Source: Styela clava
Lineage: Eukaryota
DNA length: 64,000 bases
Reading direction: 5' to 3'
Assembly: GCF_964204865.1 (NCBI RefSeq)
Contig: NC_135254.1
Span: 4,774,001-4,838,000 of the forward strand
Part shown: one piece after another, positions 63,563-64,000 of the stretch
Layout: every line of letters starts with the position of its first letter
Position numbering within the stretch: position 1 is the first letter of the stretch
The notes under the pieces: model-generated
What the model was told of the DNA's origin: nothing
Database searches by the model: none
Seen by the model: only the letters and a program-made list of their open reading frames with translations
Translations under genes and position numbers: made by a program

Positions 63563-63952
63563 AACGTGTTTCCCCGAAAATAAGACTGGGTCTTAATTCA
63601 ATTTCCTTCCGGAAAAAAACACTAGGGCTTATTTTTGGGGGATGTCTTATATTTTCATTTATCAAAAACAAAATTACAAGGTAGAGCACTTTGAGATTTT
63701 CAAATATACAAAATATGAAAACCGATATCCATTTTCTTATAAATACCACGTTTTTATTCAAAATATCTGCAAAACATAGATTAGTAATCATTTAAAACGT
63801 GTAGGAGAGATTTCCTGCTATCGACCAGGACTAAGTCGAAAAACATTTCGAGTTATTGACTAAGTCTTATTTTAAGGGGAGGGCTTATAATAATATCATT
63901 TTTAAAATTCAGGCTGGGTCTTAATGAAGGACAGGTCTTATTTTCGGGAAAA
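63563..63952. mobile_element. Tc1/mariner (pogo/Tigger-like) MITE
   Basis: GTGTTTCCCCGAAAATAAGAC / GTCTTATTTTCGGGAAA, with internal GG(G/T)CTTATTTT repeats. Confidence 0.7.
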
Positions 63953-64000
63953 GAGAGAAAGATGTGATCGCATACCGAGGAGCGACAAACGCGTTGTAAG

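Overview
AT-rich, intron-containing, repeat-dense invertebrate DNA. The gene families look tunicate/ascidian-like, but that is inference only. The left ~38 kb is an old tandem segmental duplication carrying two minus-strand paralogs. The ORF track shows them only as 'Kelch-like BTB-BACK' ORFs (6903-8246, 22451-23929). Manual splice reconstruction shows each is joined to three small downstream exons that encode a Deltex C-terminal (DTC) domain. The architecture is therefore BTB-BACK-BACK-linker-DTC with no RING and no Kelch repeats: a putative Cullin-3 adaptor that uses a Deltex ADP-ribose/nucleic-acid-binding fold as its substrate receptor. Copy 1 splices to an intact 586-aa frame. Copy 2 has the same exon sizes but a 1-nt deletion before the first donor. 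The window also holds a nested stack of CR1/L2-group LINEs (one with intact ORF1 and ORF2) and hAT MITEs, and a 6-exon secreted C-type-lectin-domain gene plus an orphan paralogous exon. Other content: two ~0.9-kb tandem arrays, decayed piggyBac, hAT and Harbinger transposases, a solo LTR, tRNA-derived SINEs and a 30-bp minisatellite.
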